Origin: Pseudomonadales bacterium
Lineage (GTDB): Bacteria > Pseudomonadota > Gammaproteobacteria > Pseudomonadales > CAWVSB01
Length of the DNA: 64,000 bases
Assembly: GCA_046710535.1 (NCBI GenBank)
Contig: JBKEHH010000014.1
Location: 13,927 to 77,926 of the forward strand
Direction of reading: 5' to 3'
Shown here: piece after piece, positions 40,867 to 50,237 of the stretch
How the letters are laid out: every line of letters starts with the position of its first letter
How positions within the stretch are numbered: the first letter of the stretch is position 1
The notes under the pieces: model-generated
Seen by the model: only the letters and a program-made list of their open reading frames with translations
Told to the model about the DNA's origin: nothing
Databases searched by the model: none
Position numbers and translations under genes: made by a program

Positions 40867-41660
40867 GCGCTTTTGGCTCTAGTGATGAATTTTGAAACTC
40901 AAATAACGGTGTGTTCGCCGATATAACATCCTCAAGTGCGTTATAACTTCGCAACATTGGATAGGATCCACCATTAATATTGAACATGCTAGTTGCGCCA
41001 GACGGGGTAATATCAAGGTTAGTCTTAGGCTCGTTCGATTTGTCAAACGGACGGGTAAATACTGCGACCATATAATGTTTATTACCCCAAGGTAAACTCG
41101 CTCCTTCGGGAACATACGGCGACAATACGCGTGAGCCTAAAATGAGTAAGTCTTGTTCAGATTTAAAAGAGGTAATCCCTTGAGTTACTATGTTTTGACG
41201 CAAATATCTATGTAGGCTAAGAATTGCAGCGGTATCAGGCTCTGGCAATAACAAATTGCTAGGGCTAAAGTTAATCAGATCTTTCAGGCTTACCGTTGAC
41301 AGTATGTTTAGCTCACTGTCTAACAATGCTGTATGGCTAAGACCTTTAACCTGACTGCTCAGCTGATAAGAGAATTCAATAAAAACTGGCTTCTAATGCG
41401 TGTTTTCTGGATTGGTTTTCCTTCTCTAGCGCAAGGCCAAAGCCCTGACTTTATTCTCCAGCTTTACTCAGTGCAGAGTCGATTTCAGATACCGCTTTCT
41501 CTACATTAAGCAGGGCAATCTTTAAGGCGAACTTAGTCCTATCAATTTCAGTCAAACGACTTTGATCGAATAATATTTTCCAAGAGCCCATCGCCATTAA
41601 GATCACTATCACCAAAATAACGAGCACTAACGTTAAAATAATTCGTTTCTGAAATCGCAT
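40859..41660 (-). pseudogene. 5-prime remnant of a membrane sensor (TM helix plus periplasmic domain), disrupted and truncated
   Basis: MRFQKRIILTLVLVILVIVILMAMG... with a stop at 41451. It continues in other frames (…KPVFIEFSYQLSSQVKGLSHTALLDSELNIL…SPYVPEGASLPWGNKHYMVAVFTRPF…). No second TM or output domain is present. It ends overlapping the SDR gene's 3-prime end. Confidence 0.35.
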
Positions 41661-42728
41661 TACTTGTTGTTATCTTCCATTATTTTAAAATTTGTTTTGG
41701 CAGGAAATACAAGCCACTGTCGCAGTCTCAATGCCGCTGATAATAAATGGGGCTTAGGATAGCTTCTTGCCATTACCTCTAAGCTAGAGTTTACCTCTTT
41801 ATCTTCAAAAAATTCGTCGGAAAGGTGGGCGAGCGCAGCGTTATTGGTAGGCGAGTGCCACACCTCTAGTGAATTTTTTCGCAGCCACTTTGCTATCGTT
41901 TAGATGAGACAGAAATTATATCGCTAACTGTGATGAATTATTAGTCTTAGGAATTGCCCAGCAATCTACCCGCAATGGCATCCCTTCTTTGGGCGCAACA
42001 TACTTGCATTCTGTCTGCCCGATGGTTTCAGCTATTTCTTCGGCATTGCCGTTAAAAGCCATTACAATAACGATATCACTTAGTTCACCTTTTGTTCGGC
42101 GTAAGTCATGCCCAGACTATAATCTTTAATGTAGGGCATTTGTTGTTTTAACAACTCCAAGGCCTGTCTGAAATCATCGATATTTTCAGAGGCCATATCT
42201 TTTCCTATAGCAAGCAACAACACTGAGATTGTACCAAAGTCATCGAGTGGCAATATTATGCGTTTGCCCACTTCAGCAGGGGGATTAAACAATTGGGTCC
42301 AGCTGGTGATTTCTTCTTTGATAATTGACGTACGGTAGATAATCCCATTACTACCCCAAGCATAGAGCACACCATAAGGCCCACAAGTATCAATATATTT
42401 CTGCGTCTGATTCTATAGCTCAGTAACGTTTAACTCAGTAATGTTCTGTAGTAGCCCACTCTCACCAAAGAGATCTCCCGTCTGAATCCAGTATAAAAAT
42501 ATCGTAGTTAATAGCATTTGCAGAAAGAATGTTTCTGTTGCGATCACCTTCATTATCGTAATGGGCCTCGCGAATTTTATGCCCGGTTTTGTTTTCAAAT
42601 AGAGCATCAGTGTCGGCACCCAAATTTCTCGCCCAGTTATAGATTAACAATTCGTCAGCGACTACCACGCAGGTGACAGGCATGAGTATTAGCGCTACTA
42701 GCAATTTATTAACTTTAGATAATAACAA
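41660..42728 (-). pseudogene. PotD/NspS-like polyamine-type periplasmic binding protein, multiply disrupted
   Basis: The pieces in order are: ELLIYNWARNLGADTDALFENKTGHKIREAHYDNEGDRNRNILSANAINYDIFILDSDG; DLFGESGLLQNITELNV; YGVLYAWGSNGIIYRTSIIKEEITSWTQLFNP...; GDIVIVMAFNGNAEEIAETIGQTECKYVAPKEGMPLRVDCWAIPK. They lie in at least 3 frames and are separated by stops. Confidence 0.65.
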
Positions 42729-42891
42729 TATAACTTATCCATTTATGCAGCTATGACAGCCAATTAGCAGTTTAGCTTAAGTTGGCCATTGGCTAACCGG
42801 TTCAGCATAGCTGATTTTCCGATAGCGCTATCGATTTAGCTGTTAAATACTCGACCTTTTGGGAGTGCTAGAATGAAATATTCCGGCGACG

Positions 42892-43368
42892 CTAGAATAT
42901 TTCAATTACTGAGAAATGCTTGCGCTCATTGCCTAGCACTATACTAATTTCGTCATCAACAGCGGTACCAATCAGCACTCTTCCCATTGGTGTTTGAGGC
43001 GAAACAGTGAGTATCGATAAGCCGTTTATTGCTAGTTTCATCCCGCCGGCGCTGGGGCCGATAAAGAGTATTTGAGAGTGATCCTTGTTATCATTAATTG
43101 TTACTGTACTGCCAACTTGGACAGTTGTGTGGCTAGTGGTAGTGGCTGAGTCTAATCGTCGATATTGTGCGATAGACCCTTGTAGCTCAGCAATTCTGAC
43201 CGATTGGCCGTGGGCCAAATATGCTGCCTCAACGGCTAAAGTATCATACTTATTTTCCGCTACATTCTCTTTATGGGTAGCGCTGGCGTGTGCTTGTTCA
43301 CTGGCTTTGGTCGCTGTTGCTAGCTCCTGAGCTAGACGCTCGATTATGGCATTAATAATTGTGTTCAC
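42892..43368 (-). CDS. GreA/GreB-family (Rnk-like) transcription factor
   Basis: N-terminal coiled coil plus a C-terminal GreA/B domain (VQVGSTVTIND...SPQTPMGRVLIGTAVDDEISI). Confidence 0.65.
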   Translation of the reverse strand: MNTIINAIIERLAQELATATKASEQAHASATHKENVAENKYDTLAVEAAYLAHGQSVRIAELQGSIAQYRRLDSATTTSHTTVQVGSTVTINDNKDHSQILFIGPSAGGMKLAINGLSILTVSPQTPMGRVLIGTAVDDEISIVLGNERKHFSVIEIF

Positions 43369-43687
43369 AGGCGGTATAAGCCTATAGATGCAATAGGGTT
43401 GATGTGTTTATATAAATGCATTGCGATGTCGCCTTAAGATTTAAACCAATAACCGTAGTTAAGCGTATGTATTCGGTTGTAGCTGATATATTTAGAGATC
43501 TATTGTGCCGCATTCAGCCGTAATTGAACAAAAATCAGCTAATATATGGTGCTAATTTGGTGCACTGACAACTTTCTGTACGGTAGATCAAAAAAAGAGT
43601 TATTTTTGCGAAAAATTGGTATCAGTATTCTAAAGCATAGTGCTAGATTAGACTTCATTGTAAACCCTTCGTTTAGGACCTAATAAA

Positions 43688-45163
43688 TTGATATTGTTGT
43701 TAGACACCGAGAAAAAACTAAAATTTGTCTGCGATCAGGCAAATTCATATGACGAATGGTTAGAAGCCGCGACTGCCTATGACGATAAGCTAGGCCATTC
43801 CCGCTGGAAGGTTTATGATCAGTCAACCCAATATGACTTCGTATCTATTCGCCAGCGCCTAGATGAGTTGCGATCACTGCGGGCAAGACATGACCATAGA
43901 GGCCTACTATTTACCTTGAATGAAGGTATTCACGGCAATATGGGCGGCATGGGTAAGGCGTTGCTGTATGGCCGCGCTATGTTAGGAACGAAACAGTTAA
44001 TTATCGACTATGTTGACGAAATTGTTGATGCACTAGAGTTAATAGCCAGTGACGAAGTCGTTGATATTTCGTTCGAAGAAAAACTGGATTTTTTCCGTCG
44101 CGCCCATCACTGTTTTGGTAGTTCAGCATTTATGATGAGTGGTTCGGGTTTATTACTGTTTTTTCATGTTGGTGTTGTGAAAGCGCTATCAGAACAGGGC
44201 TTATTGCCAAACATTATATCGGGTGCCAGTGGCGGATCTATAGTAGGCAGCTTAGTTTGTACGCACACGGACAAAGAACTTAAAAAATTACTAAACCCGG
44301 AATACTTCGCGAAATTGATCTTGAGCACGCCTGAGATTGAAGAAAAAGCAAATCGTATGATTCCTCCATTGATAGAAATTGAAGAGATTCATGTGATTGT
44401 TAAGCGGCTGATTCCCGATATGACCTTCAAAGAATCATTTGAGAAAACAGGGCGTGTTCTTAATATATCTGTGGCTCCCGCAGAAACACATCAAACATCA
44501 CGTTTGCTGAACTCAACGACAACGCCAAATGTGTTAATTCGCCAGTCAGTTTTAGCGTCAGCTGCAGTTCCCGGTATATATCCACCGGTGACATTAGAAG
44601 CTAGAGATAGCTATGGCCAACGTAAGGCGTATTTGCCGTCGCGTAAATGGGTTGATGGTTCGGTCAGTGATGATATGCCTACTAAGCGCCTAGCTAGGCT
44701 ATATGGTGTTAATCACTTCATTGTTAGTCAAACCAATCCGGCAGTATTACCGTTTGTATCGGACAGTCTGCGTCCTAGTGGCAACCGTGCCATTATTAGA
44801 AGCACCGTAGCGAGAACGGGCCGAGAATGGGTTAATGCTGCAGCAACAATTGCGCGTAAACCATTACAGCGTAACCCCAGCTTACATCGAGCATCTAATT
44901 TATTTTTATCGCTACTGAATCAAAATTATTTAGGCGACATTAATCTGGTACCTAAAAATCGCTTTCCAAATCCTTTTACCTTATTGGCGTATCCCTCGGC
45001 GGAAAAGATTGCCCGCATGATGAAAGACGGTGAAAAGTCTACCTGGGGACGAATGGAAATGGTTCGTAACCAGACAAAAATTAGTCGTACTCTTGATGCT
45101 ATTGTTAGAGATTACGAAGAAGACTTTATGAACATTCATAAAGATAAGGTCCAAGCCGGATAA
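43688..45163 (+). CDS. patatin-like phospholipase (DUF3336-type N-terminus)
   Basis: GASGGSIVG (GxSxG) and VDGSVSDD (catalytic DG). Non-ATG start as listed. Confidence 0.85.
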   Translation: MILLLDTEKKLKFVCDQANSYDEWLEAATAYDDKLGHSRWKVYDQSTQYDFVSIRQRLDELRSLRARHDHRGLLFTLNEGIHGNMGGMGKALLYGRAMLGTKQLIIDYVDEIVDALELIASDEVVDISFEEKLDFFRRAHHCFGSSAFMMSGSGLLLFFHVGVVKALSEQGLLPNIISGASGGSIVGSLVCTHTDKELKKLLNPEYFAKLILSTPEIEEKANRMIPPLIEIEEIHVIVKRLIPDMTFKESFEKTGRVLNISVAPAETHQTSRLLNSTTTPNVLIRQSVLASAAVPGIYPPVTLEARDSYGQRKAYLPSRKWVDGSVSDDMPTKRLARLYGVNHFIVSQTNPAVLPFVSDSLRPSGNRAIIRSTVARTGREWVNAAATIARKPLQRNPSLHRASNLFLSLLNQNYLGDINLVPKNRFPNPFTLLAYPSAEKIARMMKDGEKSTWGRMEMVRNQTKISRTLDAIVRDYEEDFMNIHKDKVQAG

Positions 45164-45169
45164 TACCAA

Positions 45170-45799
45170 ATGGCTTTAGCCAATACGGTTGTCGTACTCG
45201 ATTTTGAAACCACAGGCTTATCACCAGACGAAGGGGATAGGGCTATCGAAATTGGTGCAGTGCGTCTTGTCGACGGTGAAATTGTTGACCACTTTCAAGA
45301 ATTAATGGACCCAGGCAGGCGCGTCAGTGGTTTCATCGAAGACTACACCGGTATTACCAACTCTATGCTTAGTGGCGCCGATTCTTGCGCAGCGGTGATG
45401 AGGCGTTTCAGTGATTTTATCCAAGACGATAATTTAGTTGCCCATAATGCCTCATTTGATAAGCGCTTTTTAGACGCTGAATTTAGTCGTATTTCAACAA
45501 CATATCGTGGCGAGTTCTCATGTTCACTGTTGGCAACACGACGTATCTTTCAAGCAGCGCCTAATCACCAGCTTGGCACCTTAGTTAAATACAATAATAT
45601 AGAAAGCAGTGGTGGGTTTCACCGCGCGTTATATGACAGTGAAATGACTGCTCATGTGTGGAATAAAATGCTGCTATCTTTAGCGCAACATTATTCGCTA
45701 GGTGAAGTATCGTTTGAGCTTATTCAAAAGATAAACAAAACACCTAAGAAGCAGATTCATAAATTTTTAACAAAGCACGCGCAAGACTTGCAGAATTAA
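45170..45799 (+). CDS. DEDDh 3-prime-5-prime exonuclease (DnaQ/epsilon-like)
   Basis: VVLDFETTGL, LVAHNASFDKRFL, HRALYDSEMTA. Confidence 0.85.
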   Translation: MALANTVVVLDFETTGLSPDEGDRAIEIGAVRLVDGEIVDHFQELMDPGRRVSGFIEDYTGITNSMLSGADSCAAVMRRFSDFIQDDNLVAHNASFDKRFLDAEFSRISTTYRGEFSCSLLATRRIFQAAPNHQLGTLVKYNNIESSGGFHRALYDSEMTAHVWNKMLLSLAQHYSLGEVSFELIQKINKTPKKQIHKFLTKHAQDLQN

Positions 45800-45823
45800 C
45801 AGGCTATGTCGACGCCGATATAA

Positions 45824-46333
45824 CTACTTTGGCTTTACTGTTAAATGGTTATTTGCATCTCGGCTGCTAATAATTAACGCATCATTAGTCTCAATGTCAG
45901 CCTTGGCCAGCCTGTCATACAACACAACATTAACCGTAGCCGCCAAATTTAGGCAGCCCACAGTGGGTATATAAACAACGTCATCAGCCTGATCGATAAT
46001 GGCCTGGCTAATGCTGCCATCTTCGGGGCCAAAAACATAATGTGCATTACGCGGATGAACGTAAGAGGGCAGAGGTATTGCGCCTTCAACCAGCTCTACA
46101 CAGATAATCTTTGTGTCTTTAGCCAATTCATCAAGTACCGAGTCTTTATGGATTAAAGGGATATTACCAGCATTTTTTTGGGTGTCGGTATTAAAAGGTA
46201 AAGCGCGGTTAAGTCTATTACCCGAATAGGAAATACTACTTACTCCAAAGCAACCCGACGCTCGTAAAACCGCCCCAACATTAGTTGGACTTTTAGGGTT
46301 AATAAGGCCAATTGATAGTTTGGGCGCTGGCAT
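45824..46333 (-). CDS. SpoU/TrmH-family RNA 2-prime-O-methyltransferase
   Basis: NVGAVLRASGCFG, FGPEDGSIS, CLNLAATVNVVLYD. Confidence 0.8.
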   Translation of the reverse strand: MPAPKLSIGLINPKSPTNVGAVLRASGCFGVSSISYSGNRLNRALPFNTDTQKNAGNIPLIHKDSVLDELAKDTKIICVELVEGAIPLPSYVHPRNAHYVFGPEDGSISQAIIDQADDVVYIPTVGCLNLAATVNVVLYDRLAKADIETNDALIISSRDANNHLTVKPK

Positions 46334-46426
46334 AAACAGTTAGTCTCGCTACAGTTTTTGCATTTAGTTTATCATCTATAGCGAATAACTGGCATATCAA
46401 TGGATCGGCAGAAGACCTTGTAGCTG

Positions 46427-46693
46427 TCATTGCTCCGCCAGTATTAGGTTAAATTTCGTATAAAAATCTTCTAATGAGCGTTTGTCTGGTGAATCTACTT
46501 TAAATTTATTATGGAAGTACAAATATAACGTTGAGTCTCTATTTGAAATCATCAATGTGTAGCCGTCGAAAGAGCTTTCCGCCTGCAGCCCTTGGTAGAA
46601 TTTACCACCGTCTTGAGCTTCACCATGAGTATATATGGTATTAAACACTGCCATGATATCTCGCGGCGCTAACTTTCTCTCATCAGTTTTCAT
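46427..46693 (-). CDS. hypothetical protein (intact copy of a duplicated small gene)
   Basis: 88-aa ORF. A decayed paralogue at 48227-48436 supports real coding. Confidence 0.45.
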   Translation of the reverse strand: MKTDERKLAPRDIMAVFNTIYTHGEAQDGGKFYQGLQAESSFDGYTLMISNRDSTLYLYFHNKFKVDSPDKRSLEDFYTKFNLILAEQ

Positions 46694-46987
46694 ATTTCTC
46701 TATGACTCTCTTGGTGAGCAAACTTACGTGCCATTATACCAAACAGATTGGAGACGAAACGATAAAGGTAATATCGGCCGAAAAGTAAACGTAGATTTGA
46801 CCATGGCTGTTAAGTCATTAAAGTAAGAGTTTTTTCGATTACTCTCGACAGATCTTAAAAGCTTCATCAATAATTCGAGCGCCGGCATCACTGTGTGTTC
46901 ATCCCATTATATGCTTCCCCTTCGCTATTAACCAGTGGTGACTAACACATACGCCAAAGCTCGCATGACCCACGTCAAATAATAATT

Positions 46988-48124
46988 CTATTTTTCCTCA
47001 AAAGTAACATTAGGCTCATTTTGATCAACATAAGCTTCTGTTAAATAGTCTCGGAAGCTTTCGTCATTTTGTAAAAAAGTTTTAAAAAATGCGACACCGT
47101 AAACGTTTTGTATGCGAAGAGACTCATCAACTGAAAACACATCAGGTGCACAAGTGTTTTCATAAATTGCTTGCAAAGGCGCTGCCGCCGGGACTAATGC
47201 AACCAGTTCATCAAAGCTGGGAAAAAATTCTAATGCGGCCTTTGCGATGTCGCAGGAGGTGGTGAAATGGTTATGACCAGCACCGACTATTTCAATATTA
47301 TAGACTGGCGATTTATCAACCTTAGCAAACGCTTCTCTGTTGGTTTCAATCGGCACACTAGTATCCAAGGTACCGCCAAGAAGTAGGGTAGGAATAGCTA
47401 GGCTTTTGTATTGTCCATCAGTGATCGGGGCGGCGGGGACAAAAAACCATCCTGCCACCGGCATACTGGCGGTTACGCGAGGATCTGCAGGTGCATCACC
47501 AAAACCGACAGCCATCCCCAGGGTCGTTACACCACCAAAAGAATGCCCTGTTACGCCAACGCTGTCTGGTAGGATCGTGCCTTCAAATCTGTCGCCGCTA
47601 GTACTGCTCATTATTAACATCTGATCGATAACAAATGACATATCTGCTGCACGATTTGCAACCTGCACAGCTAATTCATCGCCATTATCGCCATTTGCAT
47701 TACCGGCATGAGTTGGTGCAGCGACAATAAAACCCTGAGTAGCTAGCGCTTCCATCATCGAATAAGCCTGATTGCTCAAACCACCACTTCCGTGTGAAAA
47801 CACAATCAAATTACGGTCAGGTTTCTGTGACACCGGTAAAACTTCGCCGGCAATTTCAGATGTAATACCAATGCCATTTCCTAAATCATAAACCGCAGCC
47901 GGATCAGCCAAAAAGTCGATATCATCAACTGGATACCATATATCTACTTCCAGTTGTCTGTTGTCTCTCGTTGAATCAGTTATTGTAAATTTATCATAAC
48001 CAACACCAGAGGTGCCTTTTATTGACGGCAACTCTAACGGGAGAACCACTGATCTATCGCTTCCGCCGCCGTCACAAGCCGACAACAATGTAACTAGACC
48101 AGTTATTAAAACGAAACGCAGCAT
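46988..48124 (-). CDS. alpha/beta-hydrolase lipoprotein (PAF-acetylhydrolase/lipase-like)
   Basis: Lipobox LLSAC, nucleophile elbow VTGHSFGG, second motif FSHGSGG. Confidence 0.75.
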   Translation of the reverse strand: MLRFVLITGLVTLLSACDGGGSDRSVVLPLELPSIKGTSGVGYDKFTITDSTRDNRQLEVDIWYPVDDIDFLADPAAVYDLGNGIGITSEIAGEVLPVSQKPDRNLIVFSHGSGGLSNQAYSMMEALATQGFIVAAPTHAGNANGDNGDELAVQVANRAADMSFVIDQMLIMSSTSGDRFEGTILPDSVGVTGHSFGGVTTLGMAVGFGDAPADPRVTASMPVAGWFFVPAAPITDGQYKSLAIPTLLLGGTLDTSVPIETNREAFAKVDKSPVYNIEIVGAGHNHFTTSCDIAKAALEFFPSFDELVALVPAAAPLQAIYENTCAPDVFSVDESLRIQNVYGVAFFKTFLQNDESFRDYLTEAYVDQNEPNVTFEEK

Positions 48125-48226
48125 AGTAGATTCCTTTTTACTTATAATTTGGTTGGTTGTTTAAAGTACCGCACAGATACTAATGCAGAGTAGGGGTTCA
48201 ACCTAGAAATCACGTAATCTTCAATA

Positions 48227-48436
48227 TTAAATTAAATTCAGTATAAAAGCATTATTATGAACGAGTGTGAGTTCTCCAAATTTGAATTTATTATGCAAGT
48301 CTATATATGCAGCTGAGTCTCTATTTCAAATTATCAAGGCATAGTCATCTACAGAACTAGCGTCAGCATGAGTATAAATAGCACTCAACACCGGCATGAT
48401 ATCTCCTGGTGTAAGCTTTCTCTGGTCATTATACAT
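48227..48436 (-). pseudogene. decayed paralogue of ORF 46427..46693
   Basis: MYNDQRKLTPGDIMPVLSAIYTHADASSVDDYALII*NRDSAAYIDLHNKFKF... compares with MKTDERKLAPRDIMAVFNTIYTHGEAQDGGKFYQGLQAESSFDGYTLMISNRDSTLYLYFHNKFKV. There is an internal deletion and an in-frame TGA. Similarity extends into the 5-prime leader. Confidence 0.65.
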
Positions 48437-48802
48437 AATGCGTAATACGTATTTTTATTTTAGGCTGACTGAAGCGACTAAACGGACGTATTATTACGCC
48501 AAATAGATTAAAACAAAGGGGAATTAAAACTACTAGTTTGCCAAGAACTGAACTCTAGTTTTTATCATTGGATTTTAGAAATCGTGTTAAAGCAGAGCTG
48601 CAAATTACTTACTCAATACAGTTTTTACCACCAGAATATTCTTGATAAATCAGTGATGTCTTTTTTGGGCTACGCCAAATTTTTACTCAAAGCAGTAATA
48701 TCACATATTGTCTTTTACTAAAAGTACATAAGTACTAATAAATATTATCAATAGATAGGGATGCCGATCCAACCACACGCACCCTATCTTTTCTTGATAA
48801 AG

Positions 48803-49597
48803 CTATTTCTTTGCTAGTTTCACAGGACGACGCAATTGCATATTGTACAATCTCGCAACGTTGCAATGTACTATATCACCAAAAATTTGGCGGGCTTTCA
48901 TGACACCGCCACCTGTGCCATAGGCGTCAAAGGCATTGCCAAAATCAACATAATTCGTATAGCCCTGAACCATTTTAAAATCAAAATCCACATCACCGCC
49001 ACCAAAAGCAGGCCAGAGAGTAAGCATAGGGCCGGTAATACCTTTGTTAGTTAAATAGTCACCCCAAATAGTTAAGGCAGCACCTGCGTCGGCAGGTGTT
49101 TTACCTTCGGCAATTTTGCAATCAGCAAAGGTCATTACCGCAGTATCAGGTGTTTCTACCGGACCTGCAGTTATTACATTAACTGCGAAGCTAGCATGTT
49201 GTGGGCAGTTCATGACCTTAAAGAAATCCTTAGTAGCATCTTGGCCTTTTTTGGACATCGTTTTTTCTATAGCTGCTCCCATTGATTTGCCGTCAGGCCA
49301 AAATCCCATCCAGACCACATCCATGTTCACACCAGGATCATTGAACATCGGTGTGAGTGTTATGCCTAAATAGTCATGCTGTTTTGTTTTATCCATCCAA
49401 GAGTTCCACTTGGCGGTCGCCTTATTTACTCCGCTAATATTTTGACCGTCTTTGTAGTTACATAAAAATATCTCTGCGGGTGAAAATTTCGGACCTTGAT
49501 GATTATCTGCCATTGCTGGACCACTGACTAACAGTGCTGCAAAAAGTGAGATAGTGGTTGAAACTAATTTTAAGGTTTTTATTGGTTTTATTAACAT
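48803..49597 (-). CDS. secreted hypothetical protein with apparent internal two-domain duplication
   Basis: Signal peptide ...LLVSGPAMA. Two halves of about 100 aa share a C..W..(W/Y)..L.P.F...G.A...G...F..(V/I)..C pattern. Confidence 0.5.
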   Translation of the reverse strand: MLIKPIKTLKLVSTTISLFAALLVSGPAMADNHQGPKFSPAEIFLCNYKDGQNISGVNKATAKWNSWMDKTKQHDYLGITLTPMFNDPGVNMDVVWMGFWPDGKSMGAAIEKTMSKKGQDATKDFFKVMNCPQHASFAVNVITAGPVETPDTAVMTFADCKIAEGKTPADAGAALTIWGDYLTNKGITGPMLTLWPAFGGGDVDFDFKMVQGYTNYVDFGNAFDAYGTGGGVMKARQIFGDIVHCNVARLYNMQLRRPVKLAKK

Positions 49598-49875
49598 ATC
49601 AATCTCTCCTTGAAGTGAAGAGCAAGTGTATGGGTCGTACCAAAAGTAGCAATGTGCTGTTTATACTCTATTTGTCTAAAGATTATTTTTTTCAGAACTT
49701 GCTAACATTTCATTCCATTTTATATTACTAAATAATTTACTAGCTTGCTTATCTGAGCGAGAAATCAAGCAGCGCTAGACTACTAAATATATTTGTTGTG
49801 CCAAGGAACAAAGCCTATGGTTTGTAATTGAGTTTGTGAAATGGGCTGAGTAATTGTTGAAAGCGTTTTACTAAC

Positions 49876-50047
49876 ACCAGCTTTGCCAGCTAATTTCCTC
49901 ATTAGAGTTATATAGGGAATGTCTAAAGAAAGGCATAACAATTACGCCAGGGTCTTTATTTACATCGCAAGGTAATTACCTGAATTTTTACAGCTTAGCT
50001 ACGCACATCCATGGAATGCTCAGCGAACAGATGGACGACCAAGCTAA
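49876..50047 (+). pseudogene. 3-prime remnant of a MocR/GntR-aminotransferase-like (PLP fold-type I) gene
   Basis: ...LELYRECLKKGITITPGSLFTSQGNYLNF, then after a 1-nt shift, LQLSYAHPWNAQ... This is the typical C-terminal PG..F....LRLSYA.PW pattern. There is no upstream part. Confidence 0.4.
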
Positions 50048-50163
50048 GTATCTATACTAAAATCAATATTTAAGTTGGAAATTAGTAGATTTATTCTTGA
50101 TATCCAGTCATCTAATTATGAAATAGATTAATATCCAACTTATTTATACTCTTCCAAGATAAA

Positions 50164-50237
50164 TGTGATTTTAGTTGACCACTATAATAGTTAACGCAGG
50201 AATTTGGAGTTCACCCTGTAATAAAGTTTAAATGGCG
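50164..50237. repeat. candidate Tn7-like left-end repeats: TGTG terminus-like start followed by four abutting A/T-rich-AGTT units
   Basis: TGTGATTTTAGTTGACCAC / TATAATAGTTAACGCAGG / AATTTGGAGTTCACCC / TGTAATAAAGTTTAAATGGCG, with AGTT at 50173, 50189, 50208 and 50225. The units recall Tn7 TnsB-site cores (AATAAAGTCTTAAAC, AAAATAGTTGG; from memory). They end 24 bp from the tniQ stop. Confidence 0.4.

Noticed and set aside
42820-42833. Perfect 14-bp palindrome CGATAGCGCTATCG downstream of the GreA/B-like gene.
   Set aside because: It is an isolated short palindrome with no T-run on either side and no second copy. It could be an operator or chance, and there is no basis for a call.
46860-46985. 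Minus-strand translation ...LFDVGHASFGVCVSHHWLIAKGKHIMG... vaguely resembles the nucleophile-elbow region of an alpha/beta hydrolase, suggesting another gene remnant.
   Set aside because: The stretch is too short and too degenerate, the canonical GxSxG/DWG is not preserved, and a stop interrupts it. Not reportable without a search.
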